The notes under the pieces are model-generated. The model was not told the origin of the DNA. It did not search any database and saw only the letters and a list, made by a program, of their open reading frames with translations. From contig CAYQEJ010000004.1 of NCBI GenBank assembly GCA_964416505.1, positions 1-57,330 on the forward strand: a stretch of DNA of 57,330 nt, read 5' to 3'. A program made the translations under genes and the position numbers. Position 1 is the first letter of the stretch, and each line of letters starts with the position of its first letter. Positions 39,090 to 48,441 of the stretch are shown one piece after another. Source of the stretch: an uncultured Gammaproteobacteria bacterium. Lineage in GTDB: Bacteria; Patescibacteriota; Microgenomatia; Levybacterales; UBA12049.

Positions 39090-40211
39090 TTATGGTATAT
39101 GCCAATATAAACTTACAAGTCCATTTTTGTGATCTATAATTATTCCCTTTCCTAAAGATCCGTTATAACTGCAAACTGCGGAAGTTGCATATGCTTCTCC
39201 TGAATCCATGGCTCTAATGGGAGTACCAAATGGATTTGCAATATCAATTCCTGTATGAGTACCCAAGAAATAAACTTCTCCGTACCAAGTCGTAACGCTT
39301 CCTGGATATCCTGGAACTGGCTTCTCATAGGAAGAGTTTTCAAGGTATGGCTTAGGATCTACTCTATTTCCTATAACTCTATTATTTTCTACGTGAGCAT
39401 TTGTATAAACCTCAAAATGAAGATGTGGTCCTGTTGAACAACCGCTAGATCCCACTCCGGCAATTACATCCCCTTTATTTACCGGCCCAATTTTTTCCGA
39501 AATGCTTCCTAAAGCAGCATTTATGGAAGCTGCATCTGCTTTAAGTCTTGCTAAGAGCTCCTGAAATTTATCCTCATCATTTTTAGTAACTGATAAAAGT
39601 TGTTCTTTTCCAGCTTTATCTTGATCCAATTGAGCTTTATAGCCTTCAAGTTCTCGATTTAATCTTTGAATTTCAGCTTTTTTATCTTGAAAAATATCTT
39701 TTTGATTCGCATAGTCATTTCTCGCTTGGACTGTATCGTATATTAATCTTTTATCATGAGCCTGAGCAATTCTTAGATAATTTGCTTTTTTAATAAAATC
39801 ATCTACATTTCCAGAAGAAAGTAAAATCTGAAAAGAAGAAGCATTTCCAGCTTTATATGTTTCCTGAACTCTATTTATAAGTATTTCTGAAATAGAATCG
39901 AGAGAATTCTCAAGCTTACCAATTTTTTTATCTGCAGTATCAATGTCTAAAGTTAAGTCTGAAATTTGAGCTTCTGCAGAGTCTATCTTAAGAGTTGTAA
40001 GCTTAATATTATTATCAATGACACTTATCTGTGAAGACAAAGTCTTTTCCTGTCCTTGAAGCTCAGATATTTTTGCTTGAGTTTCCGCAATTTGCCTTAG
40101 GATTTCGGACTGGTTCTTACTATTTGTTGGAGAAGGCGTTTGAGCATAAGATATACCAGGAAAAACCAAAAGAAAAGTTAAGATTGAGACGAAAAATAGC
40201 CTAATTTTCAT
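39090..40211 (-). CDS. Secreted coiled-coil protein with a circularly permuted M23 peptidase domain
   Basis: Signal peptide, long heptad region, GCSTGPHLHFEV (HxH) located before HTGIDIA (HxxxD). Confidence 0.88.
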   Translation of the reverse strand: MKIRLFFVSILTFLLVFPGISYAQTPSPTNSKNQSEILRQIAETQAKISELQGQEKTLSSQISVIDNNIKLTTLKIDSAEAQISDLTLDIDTADKKIGKLENSLDSISEILINRVQETYKAGNASSFQILLSSGNVDDFIKKANYLRIAQAHDKRLIYDTVQARNDYANQKDIFQDKKAEIQRLNRELEGYKAQLDQDKAGKEQLLSVTKNDEDKFQELLARLKADAASINAALGSISEKIGPVNKGDVIAGVGSSGCSTGPHLHFEVYTNAHVENNRVIGNRVDPKPYLENSSYEKPVPGYPGSVTTWYGEVYFLGTHTGIDIANPFGTPIRAMDSGEAYATSAVCSYNGSLGKGIIIDHKNGLVSLYWHIP

Positions 40212-40244
40212 AGGAAATCTAAGCCTATTGTAGCTTAGTTTTTT

Positions 40245-41468
40245 CTAGAAAACCACTTTTTCTACTTCTACAATTCTCGCTGTTGGATATCTTCCTCTAA
40301 AATCAATATTATTTCCGTTTGGAGTAAACGGATCTTTCATTGTGTAATTTCCATTTGAACCGCTTACGAATACGACAAAATGATCCGCTAAGGGACCCCC
40401 ATCGTAAGAAATTCCTATCACTACAGGATTTCCACTTGATAAAACTGAGTCTATTGAATCATATACGCGAGATGAAGTTGCTCCATCTGCTGAAATAACT
40501 TTAAGTAAAAATGCTGGATAATATGACGCGAAATTAGAAGAATTTGAATTAATAGTCTGAGGATTTACTCCGCGATGTCCATAATGGGTATAAATCATAG
40601 CCATAGATGTAACTAGACATCCATCCGATGCTAACGTATAACCTGTTCCGTTTAATGCATTATTTCCCCACTGTGAATCACGCTGGTTATAGTAACATCC
40701 CCAATCATCACACTGGGTTTGCCCAGAAAGAATCGAGGCTCCTCCCTGAACCTGCGTAAAATTAGTAAATCCAGCCAACTGAGCTTTCGCTTGAGCCAAA
40801 AGTCTTTGATAATTATCCTCACTTCCCTGCGTCTCAGCTAGAAGCCTGTTCTTAGCCTGTTTTTCTATTTCAATCTGAGATTGATAATTTGCGAGCTCTA
40901 CCCCAAGTCTCTCTGCCTTTGTCTTCTGATCTTCAAAAATATCCTTCTGATTTGCATAATCATTTCTCGCTTGGACAGTATCATAAATTAATTTTTTGTC
41001 ATGCGCCTGAGCAAGACGCAGATAATTTGCCCTCTCTACAAAATCTTCAGCATTTTTTGATGAAAGTAAAACTTGAAATCCAGAAGCAGATCCAACCACA
41101 TATGTTGCCTTTATTCTATTAATTAAAACCTCTGATAGTTTATCTAAAGAATTTTCAAGTTTTACAATTTTTTTATCAGCTGTATCAATATCTAAAGTTA
41201 AGTCTGAAATTTGTTTTTCAGTAGAATCAATTCTAAGCTGCGTTAAATTAATCTGATTATCCATAACAGCTATCTGAGATGTTAAAGTTGATTCCTCACT
41301 TTTCAATTTAGATATTTTCGCTTGAAGATCATTAATTTTATTTTGAAGATCATTTGTTTCTGCAGTTTTATCAGGAGTGGGCGTTGGTGTTGTAGTTTGA
41401 GCTTTTGAACTAACCGAAAAAACCAAACTAAAAACAATTATTAGAAGAAAAAAGGACAGCTTTCTCAT
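40245..41468 (-). CDS. Secreted coiled-coil protein with C39-like cysteine peptidase domain (PcsB/CwlO-like architecture)
   Basis: Same coiled coil as its neighbour; YYNQRDSQWG, GCLVTSMAM, HFVV, KDPF. Confidence 0.85.
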   Translation of the reverse strand: MRKLSFFLLIIVFSLVFSVSSKAQTTTPTPTPDKTAETNDLQNKINDLQAKISKLKSEESTLTSQIAVMDNQINLTQLRIDSTEKQISDLTLDIDTADKKIVKLENSLDKLSEVLINRIKATYVVGSASGFQVLLSSKNAEDFVERANYLRLAQAHDKKLIYDTVQARNDYANQKDIFEDQKTKAERLGVELANYQSQIEIEKQAKNRLLAETQGSEDNYQRLLAQAKAQLAGFTNFTQVQGGASILSGQTQCDDWGCYYNQRDSQWGNNALNGTGYTLASDGCLVTSMAMIYTHYGHRGVNPQTINSNSSNFASYYPAFLLKVISADGATSSRVYDSIDSVLSSGNPVVIGISYDGGPLADHFVVFVSGSNGNYTMKDPFTPNGNNIDFRGRYPTARIVEVEKVVF

Positions 41469-41474
41469 AGGAAA

Positions 41475-42341
41475 TTATTTAAGATATCTTAACACAGCGA
41501 GATAACTTGAGAAAGCTCCCAAAAGAATTGCAACGATTATTTGTATTCCTAAAAGCTCGAGAAGAACAATAGGAGATATTGGAAAAACTGGAATACCCTT
41601 TAAAAAAGATGAAAGATAAGGAGTCACATATAAAAGAGCTACTACGGAAATAAGCCAGCCCACCACAGCCCCTACTAAACCATAAAAAATTCCTTCCATA
41701 ATAAAAGGCCATCTAATATACCAACTCCCCGCTCCGATAAGCCTCATTGTTTCAATATCAGATCTTTTTTGAGAAATTTTTATACCAATTATCGTAACCA
41801 TAATAAATACAGAAACCAAAGCAAGAATAACAACAACTGCCAACCCAATCTTCCTAATCGCTCCCGTCCAAGCGCTTAATGTAGATACCACATCCTTCTG
41901 AAATACAACCTCCTGTACGATTGAAGACTTTTTTAAAGTGTCAGAAACCAAACTTAAATCTTCTATCTTATAGGTAGAGATTTCAAGTGATGCTGGTAAA
42001 ATATCAGCAGTCACAAGATCTAGAAGAAGCGGATCATCCTTATTTTGCTCTTTGTAGATTTTTAAAGCTTCATCTTTTGAAACATATTTGACGCTTGAGA
42101 TTAAACCTGATTTTTGAAGTGAATCTCCTAAACCCTTAATTTCTTCTTGCTTTGCTTCGTCTTTGAAAAAAGCCGTTACCTGGGGCTTAGATTCAAAATA
42201 ATTTACTATTCTGGTTGAACTAAATATTATAAGACCAAACACAGAAAATGCCAAAAAAGTAAGCATCATTACGAAAATAGCCGCTATAGCTTGATACGGA
42301 GATCTTCTTACATTTTTCCACATAGTTCTAACAGATTTCAT
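41475..42341 (-). CDS. ftsX: Cell-division permease FtsX
   Basis: TM, then extracellular domain (YVSKDEAL, LPASLEI), then 3 TM; IETMRLIGAG..YIRWPFIMEG. Confidence 0.93.
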   Translation of the reverse strand: MKSVRTMWKNVRRSPYQAIAAIFVMMLTFLAFSVFGLIIFSSTRIVNYFESKPQVTAFFKDEAKQEEIKGLGDSLQKSGLISSVKYVSKDEALKIYKEQNKDDPLLLDLVTADILPASLEISTYKIEDLSLVSDTLKKSSIVQEVVFQKDVVSTLSAWTGAIRKIGLAVVVILALVSVFIMVTIIGIKISQKRSDIETMRLIGAGSWYIRWPFIMEGIFYGLVGAVVGWLISVVALLYVTPYLSSFLKGIPVFPISPIVLLELLGIQIIVAILLGAFSSYLAVLRYLK

Positions 42342-43126
42342 TTCAAAGCCTCCTCAAAATCATCAGTTTTTATTTCTGATGATTCCTTTTTATCTTCTTT
42401 TTCATCGGTTTTTTCTTCATGCTCTTTCTTGTGTTCTTTTTTTTCGTGCTCCTCTTTCTTATGAGTTTTTTTATCATTTACAAGGGCTCCTTTGTTTAGC
42501 TCGATTATTCTTTTATTTAGTTTTTTGACGATCTCATTATTATGTGTTGCCATAATTATGGTAGTTCCTTTTTCGTTAATATTTTTCAAAAGCTCTACAA
42601 TTTCCCATGAGGTAGTATCATCTAGATTTCCTGTTGGCTCATCAGCTAATAAAATATCTGGTGAAAGAATAAGCGCACGTGCGATAGCTGCTCTCTGCAG
42701 CTCTCCTCCTGAAAGCTGTATAGGAAACTTATCTTTATGCTCCAGAATTCCAACCTGATTTAGTATTTCCATAGCTCGAGAAGTAGCATCTTTCTTATTT
42801 ACTCCAACCACTTCCAACGGAAGCATGGTATTCTCAAGTATTGTTCTATCTGTTAAAAGCTTAAGGTCCTGAAAAACTACTCCAATTTTCTTACGCAACT
42901 CAGGAACTTTTTTATTAGGCAGCTTTATTAAATCCCATGAATCGACAACTACAGTACCTTGAGTGGGAAGCATTTCACGAATAAGAAGTTTAAAAATCGT
43001 AGTTTTACCTGAACCAGTTGGGCCAATTAAGAAAACAAATTCACCTTTTTCAACCAGAAAGGAAATATCAGAGATAGCAAATACACCAGTACCAAATTTT
43101 TTTGAAACGTTTTCTAGGCTAATCAT
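42338..43126 (-). CDS. ftsE: Cell-division ATPase FtsE with a charged C-terminal tail
   Basis: GPTGSGKTT, VVFQD.KLL, LSGGE.QR, LADEPTGNLD, ATH; coupled to ftsX. Confidence 0.93.
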   Translation of the reverse strand: MISLENVSKKFGTGVFAISDISFLVEKGEFVFLIGPTGSGKTTIFKLLIREMLPTQGTVVVDSWDLIKLPNKKVPELRKKIGVVFQDLKLLTDRTILENTMLPLEVVGVNKKDATSRAMEILNQVGILEHKDKFPIQLSGGELQRAAIARALILSPDILLADEPTGNLDDTTSWEIVELLKNINEKGTTIIMATHNNEIVKKLNKRIIELNKGALVNDKKTHKKEEHEKKEHKKEHEEKTDEKEDKKESSEIKTDDFEEALK

Positions 43127-43149
43127 TTTTTAATAGATGGCGTGGGAGA

Positions 43150-43626
43150 CTATTCGAGTACCTCTACTCGTCCGACATCCATTAACCAGCCCGCATATTG
43201 GGCTTTTTGAGTCTGCCCCCACACCTTAACTTTTTTACCTTTAACTAAAGAAAGATCGACCGCTGATGATGTCAGATAAACAAATTGACTGTCTCCACCC
43301 GGACGCTCTAAATGATACTGACCTTCACCTTCAATTCCGCCTTCCTTCATTACTCCTTCTGCTGTATCTTTAAATGTGCTCGTATCATTTGATCCTAGAG
43401 ATGTACCTTTAGTTACTTGAGATTTGTCAGTTACTTGCTTTGTTGGTTCAAGTGATCCGCCTGAAACTCTTGCAATTAAAAATCCACTGCCAATTCCAAG
43501 AACTGCCATAACTAATACCACTAAAACCATGGCTAACGGAAATTTTTTCTGATTTGAGTCAAATTGCTGCACTAATTCTTCCTCTGTATTTTTGTTTTTT
43601 TCCATAACATGATGTTCTGGATACAT
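43150..43626 (-). CDS. Hypothetical single-TM protein with a small beta (OB-like) domain
   Basis: TM at about aa 30-52; GGIEGEG.YHL, YLTSS.VDL, GWLMDVGRV. Confidence 0.75.
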   Translation of the reverse strand: MYPEHHVMEKNKNTEEELVQQFDSNQKKFPLAMVLVVLVMAVLGIGSGFLIARVSGGSLEPTKQVTDKSQVTKGTSLGSNDTSTFKDTAEGVMKEGGIEGEGQYHLERPGGDSQFVYLTSSAVDLSLVKGKKVKVWGQTQKAQYAGWLMDVGRVEVLE

Positions 43627-43654
43627 CTTAGTAAAACATATTTGCTATCTTTTA

Positions 43655-44665
43655 TCAACCCTGGAGAGTACGAAGTTCTGCCTCAATAAATTTATCTAAT
43701 TCACCATCCAAAATACTATTCACATCTCCGGTTTCATGCTCAGTTCTTAAATCCTTAATCATTTTATATGGGTGAAGTACATAACTTCTTATTTGATTTC
43801 CCCAACCCGGGGTTTTGTATCCACCTTTTAAAGCTGCTTCTTGTTTTTTCCTCTCTTCTTCTTTTATTAACCAAAGTTTTCCTTTAAGGAGCTTTAAAGC
43901 ATATTCTCTATTTTGCCCCTGATATCTTTCGGATTGAGCAGAGACGATTATACCTGTAGGCTTATGCTTAAGCCTGACCGCTGTTGATACTTTATTTACG
44001 TTTTGCCCTCCGTGCCCACCCGATCTGTAAAAATCCCATTCAATATCCTCTTCCTTAATTTCCACATCAGGACTGTCTTCAATCTGAGGCATTACCTCCA
44101 CCAGCGCAAAAGAGGTTTGTCTTAACTTATCTGCGTTAAAGGGAGATTGCCTCACCAACCTATGCACGCCTGCCTCAAGCTTCAAGAGTCCATAAGCGTA
44201 CTGTCCATCTACCAAAAAAGTTATACTTTTAAGCCCCGCTTCTTCTCCTGGTGTTTCATCAATTGGCTCTAATTTGAAACCTTTTCGCTCAGCGTAACGC
44301 GAATACATCCTAAAAAGCATTTGCGTCCAATCCATCGCTTCAACTCCACCTTGACCTGCATGAATTGCAACAATTGCCGAGGAGTTATCATATTCACCTG
44401 AAAAATAAAGTAATGTTTCTAGCTCTTCAAGCAAGACTTCTGCCTCCACCAGCATATCTCGACTCATTAAGTCTTTTAGTTTTTTAGCATTATCAATATC
44501 TTTTTGAAGACTTGCCATTTCTTTCATTTTTTCCGTAGCTTTTTGAGGATCTTTCCAAAAATCAGGATTCGAAGATTCAATCTCAATTTCCTTTAGTAAT
44601 GATTCTTTTTCAGGAATATTTATTTTTTGGAGAATCTTTTCTACTCTTTCTTTTACCAAATCCAT
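43655..44665 (-). CDS. prfB: Peptide chain release factor 2 (no frameshift site)
   Basis: [11 protein letters not shown] (SPF), [12 protein letters not shown] (GGQ), WGNQIRSYV; single frame from ATG 44665. Confidence 0.95.
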   Translation of the reverse strand: MDLVKERVEKILQKINIPEKESLLKEIEIESSNPDFWKDPQKATEKMKEMASLQKDIDNAKKLKDLMSRDMLVEAEVLLEELETLLYFSGEYDNSSAIVAIHAGQGGVEAMDWTQMLFRMYSRYAERKGFKLEPIDETPGEEAGLKSITFLVDGQYAYGLLKLEAGVHRLVRQSPFNADKLRQTSFALVEVMPQIEDSPDVEIKEEDIEWDFYRSGGHGGQNVNKVSTAVRLKHKPTGIIVSAQSERYQGQNREYALKLLKGKLWLIKEEERKKQEAALKGGYKTPGWGNQIRSYVLHPYKMIKDLRTEHETGDVNSILDGELDKFIEAELRTLQG

Positions 44666-44667
44666 AA

Positions 44668-45099
44668 TTATATTCCCTCGCAAATCTTTAAACAGGTATT
44701 TCTTGCTTCATTTGAAGGAAGATTTCTTATGCTTTCCATATCTTTTAGTACTTTCTGAATTTGAGGAGAAGATGATGCAACTTCTACAGGATCCAAGCCA
44801 TTAATATTTCTTTTTAACTCTTCTATTCTCGCTCCCACTTCGTTTGCCACATTTATTCTTGGTGTTTTTACGCTTGGCTTCTGAATGGGAGTTGGCACAA
44901 CTTCTACTGAATCTCCCAATATTTTCATTTCAGGAAAAAAAATAGTTTTCACCTCGTTTATAGCAAAGATAACGAATAGAAATAAAAAGGCAGTAATTAA
45001 AATCTTCTTTTTATCCCACTCAACATCTGAAACTTCCTCTTTCTTTTTAGGCTTTACTGGAGCCTCAAGCACTTCTTCTTTTTGCTTCCTAGAAAACAT
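44668..45099 (-). CDS. Hypothetical single-TM protein
   Basis: TM at about aa 31-50; TAAAAT 6 nt upstream of the ATG. Confidence 0.75.
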   Translation of the reverse strand: MFSRKQKEEVLEAPVKPKKKEEVSDVEWDKKKILITAFLFLFVIFAINEVKTIFFPEMKILGDSVEVVPTPIQKPSVKTPRINVANEVGARIEELKRNINGLDPVEVASSSPQIQKVLKDMESIRNLPSNEARNTCLKICEGI

Positions 45100-45185
45100 A
45101 AGTCAATTTTAGTGTCTGACACGCATATTTGCAAACAACAAACCTAACATGACAGATCAAGGAACAAGTGATAATATTAGCGTAT

Positions 45186-46154
45186 ATGTTTGATGTCCTA
45201 TGCGTTGGCAATGCTACAATTGATGTCTTCGTTTTACTTAAAAATCTTCAAAAATTTTCCTATGATAAATTTACAAATAGCATTACGTTTCCCCTAGGCG
45301 AAAAGATTCCACTAGATGAACATAAATTAACGCTTGGCGGAAATGCCGCAAACCTAGCAGTTGGATTAAGACGCTTAGGATTAAATAGCAGTCTAGCTGC
45401 AGAAACAGGAAGCGATGAATTTTCTGAAAAAATAATCAACACTCTTAGAAAAGAAAACATCGACCAAGCTTATATCAAAAGAGGAAATAGATCTACTCCA
45501 TTTTTTAATATTGTCTTAACTTATGGTGGAGACAGAACAATCTTGGATGAAAGAACACCAAGCGAAGAATTTCTAGAAATAGGCTCCGTAAATCCTAAAT
45601 ATTTTTATCTCACAGGATTGAATGGAAATTGGGAAAAAGCATATGAAGAAATTTTTAGAGATAATCCAGATTCATTATTTGCATTTAATCCCGGTTCGAG
45701 ACAACTTGGTGAAGGATTTGAAAAAACTTTAGAAATTCTTCCAAAAATAGAAATTCTTTTCGTAAATCTTGGAGAAGCTCAGAAAATCGTGGACACAAAA
45801 GAAACAGATATTAAATTGATCATGACAAAGCTTAAGGAATCAGGAGTAAGAATAGCAGTTGTGACTGATGGAATAAACGGATCATATTCTATAGACAAAA
45901 ATGGGAAAATATTTCATATAAACCCTATCACTAAAGATAAACCAATTGAAAGAACAGGCGCTGGAGATTCATATGCAGCAGGATTTTTATATGCAGTTAT
46001 TAGTGGAAAAAGAGTAGAAGAAGCTATGAAGTACGGAGCAGTTAATGCAGATAGTGTTATTAAAAAAGTAGGAGCACAAGACGGCTTATTGACCAAAGAG
46101 GAAATGGAACAGAATATACATGAAAAACCAGAATTTAAAGCTATAGAGATATGA
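45186..46154 (+). CDS. PfkB-family carbohydrate kinase
   Basis: GGNAAN.AVGL.RLG, FNPG, FVN..E, RTGAGDSY. Confidence 0.92.
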   Translation: MFDVLCVGNATIDVFVLLKNLQKFSYDKFTNSITFPLGEKIPLDEHKLTLGGNAANLAVGLRRLGLNSSLAAETGSDEFSEKIINTLRKENIDQAYIKRGNRSTPFFNIVLTYGGDRTILDERTPSEEFLEIGSVNPKYFYLTGLNGNWEKAYEEIFRDNPDSLFAFNPGSRQLGEGFEKTLEILPKIEILFVNLGEAQKIVDTKETDIKLIMTKLKESGVRIAVVTDGINGSYSIDKNGKIFHINPITKDKPIERTGAGDSYAAGFLYAVISGKRVEEAMKYGAVNADSVIKKVGAQDGLLTKEEMEQNIHEKPEFKAIEI

Positions 46155-46903
46155 CTGATTTATCTAAAATTACAAGAAATGGCAAAGCGCTTTTCCTTGC
46201 ATATGACCAGGGAATGGAACATGGGCCAAGTGATTTTGATGATGAAAATGCGGACCCACAGCATATCTTAAATATTGGTTTAAAAGGAGATTTTACAGGT
46301 GTAATTTTTCAAAAAGGAGTTGCAGAAAAATATTATAAAGAAGAATATAAAGAAAAACTTCCATTAATTGTAAAACTAAATGGCAAAACAAATCTGAATT
46401 CAGATCCTGATCCATACTCACCTCAGATTTGTGAAGTCTCAGAAGCAATAAGCATTGGTGCCTCGGCTGTAGGATACACAATTTATGTGGGAAGTCGTCA
46501 TGAATCAAAAATGTTTCAGGAATTTAGCAAGATTGAAAAAGATGCACACGTTGCAGGAATTCCCTTCATTGGCTGGATGTATATAAAAGGAAGCGGAGCA
46601 GAAGGAAAGGATATTAAAGAACTCACAGCTTATGCTGCAAGACTTGGATTAGAAATGGGCGCGGATATTATAAAAATTAAATATCCAGGAGATGAGAAAA
46701 GTCTTAGATGGGCAGTAGAAAATGCGGGAAAAACTGGCGTAGTAATTTCTGGAGGAGCAAAAGAAGATGAAGCAAGTTTTCTTGAAGTTGTTCAAACTGC
46801 AATAAATTCAGGATGCATTGGAATGGCAGTGGGTAGGAATATTTGGCAATCAAAAAATCCATTTGAAATAAGTCGAAAGGTTAAAGAAATAATATGGCCC
46901 TAA
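46151..46903 (+). CDS. Class I (DhnA-type) fructose-bisphosphate aldolase
   Basis: LAYDQGMEHGP, GASAVGYTIYVGS, ADIIKIKY (Schiff-base Lys), ISGG, GMAVGRNIWQ. Confidence 0.92.
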   Translation: MTDLSKITRNGKALFLAYDQGMEHGPSDFDDENADPQHILNIGLKGDFTGVIFQKGVAEKYYKEEYKEKLPLIVKLNGKTNLNSDPDPYSPQICEVSEAISIGASAVGYTIYVGSRHESKMFQEFSKIEKDAHVAGIPFIGWMYIKGSGAEGKDIKELTAYAARLGLEMGADIIKIKYPGDEKSLRWAVENAGKTGVVISGGAKEDEASFLEVVQTAINSGCIGMAVGRNIWQSKNPFEISRKVKEIIWP

Positions 46904-47397
46904 AAGTTTATCTTGCAACTGATCACGCAGGACTTGAAATAAAAAACAAAATATTAGATTACCTAAATGGTTTAGGCTATGACGCAGAAGACTGCGGAGC
47001 ATTTGAATATGACAAAAATGATGATTATCCTGATCTCATATCAAACGCTGCAAAAAAAGTATCAGAAAATCCACAGAATTTTGGAATTGTTTTCGGTGGC
47101 TCTGGGCAGGGTGAGCAAATAGTTGCAAATAAGTTCAAGGGTGTTAGATGCGCTCTTTTTTATTCTCTTGCTCTTCCTGCAGAAGCAATAGACATAAATG
47201 GAAATAAAAGCGAAGATCCATATGAAATGCTTAAGCTTACCCGCGCTCACAATAACTCAAATATGCTTTCTTTAGGAACAAGATTTTTAACAGAAGAGCA
47301 AATAAAAAAAGCAGTAAAAATATTTCTCGAAAGTCCTTTTCCAGAAGAAGAAAGACACGCTAGAAGAGTCGAAAAGATTAATGCCTTAGAATCCTAA
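46894..47397 (+). CDS. rpiB: Ribose-5-phosphate isomerase B family
   Basis: TDHAG, DDYPD, GGSGQGE.I.ANK.KG.R, HNNSN, RH.RRV.KI. Confidence 0.9.
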   Translation: MALKVYLATDHAGLEIKNKILDYLNGLGYDAEDCGAFEYDKNDDYPDLISNAAKKVSENPQNFGIVFGGSGQGEQIVANKFKGVRCALFYSLALPAEAIDINGNKSEDPYEMLKLTRAHNNSNMLSLGTRFLTEEQIKKAVKIFLESPFPEEERHARRVEKINALES

Positions 47398-48437
47398 GAG
47401 TTATTTCCCGCCATTAGAACTTCTTCTATCAAACGGTTCGCATATCCATACTCATTGTCATACCAGGCAATTACTTTAAGCATATTTCCGCCGACTACCT
47501 GAGTTAGGCCTAAATCGACAATTGCAGAATGGGCATTATGAACAATATCTGAAGATACAATTGGCTCTTCTGTCGCTTCTAGGATATTTTTAAAACTATT
47601 TTTTTTCACTGCTTCTTTAAATGCGCTGTTAACTTCCTCAACTGTTACATCTTTTTTCAATATAAAAGTAAAATCTGATAAGGAACCAACAGGAACCGGA
47701 ACTCTAATAGCTAACCCGTCAAAAATCCCTTCAAGCTCTGGGAGCGCTTTCGCAGCCGCCTTTGTGGCACCAGTAGATGTAGGCACTATATTTTCCGCTG
47801 CAGCTCGAGCACGCCTGTAATCTTCGTGTCCTCCGTCCTGTAAACGCTGATCCTGAGTATAACCATGAATTGTCGTCATCATGGCTTTTTCAATTCCAAA
47901 TGCATCTGCTATAACTTTCGCAACTGGAGTTATACAGTTTGTAGTACAAGAAGCATTACTTATTACATTTGCGCCGCTGTAATCAGAATCATTTACTGAT
48001 ACAACATATGTCTCTATGTTTCCTCCCTTTGCAGGAGCAGATAAGACAACATTTTTCGCTCCAGCCTTTATATGAAGATTCAGATCCTCAAGCTTTGTAA
48101 AATGACCTGTTGATTCAATAACCACATCAATCTTCAAATCCTCCCATGGAAGAAGCGATGGATCCTTCTGAGAATAAACAAATGTTTTTCTTCTTTTGTT
48201 TATTACTATTCTCCCCAGCAAATCCTTCTTTGATTCCCGGGATTTTTCAGTTGTAATTTCATCTTTTAATTTTCCATACACACTGTCATATTTAAGTAAA
48301 TACATCCATCCTTCTAAATCTGTGGATGAACCTGCATTGATTGCCACTACTTCGATCTTTCCTTTGTATTTCTCAAGAATCACTCGATGTGCCATTCGCC
48401 CTATTCTTCCATAACCATTTATTGCAACTCTAATCAT
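47394..48437 (-). CDS. gap: Type I glyceraldehyde-3-phosphate dehydrogenase
   Basis: INGYGRIGR, ESTG, SNASCTTNC, IVPTSTGA, WYDNEYGY. Confidence 0.97.
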   Translation of the reverse strand: MIRVAINGYGRIGRMAHRVILEKYKGKIEVVAINAGSSTDLEGWMYLLKYDSVYGKLKDEITTEKSRESKKDLLGRIVINKRRKTFVYSQKDPSLLPWEDLKIDVVIESTGHFTKLEDLNLHIKAGAKNVVLSAPAKGGNIETYVVSVNDSDYSGANVISNASCTTNCITPVAKVIADAFGIEKAMMTTIHGYTQDQRLQDGGHEDYRRARAAAENIVPTSTGATKAAAKALPELEGIFDGLAIRVPVPVGSLSDFTFILKKDVTVEEVNSAFKEAVKKNSFKNILEATEEPIVSSDIVHNAHSAIVDLGLTQVVGGNMLKVIAWYDNEYGYANRLIEEVLMAGNNS

Positions 48438-48441
48438 AAAT

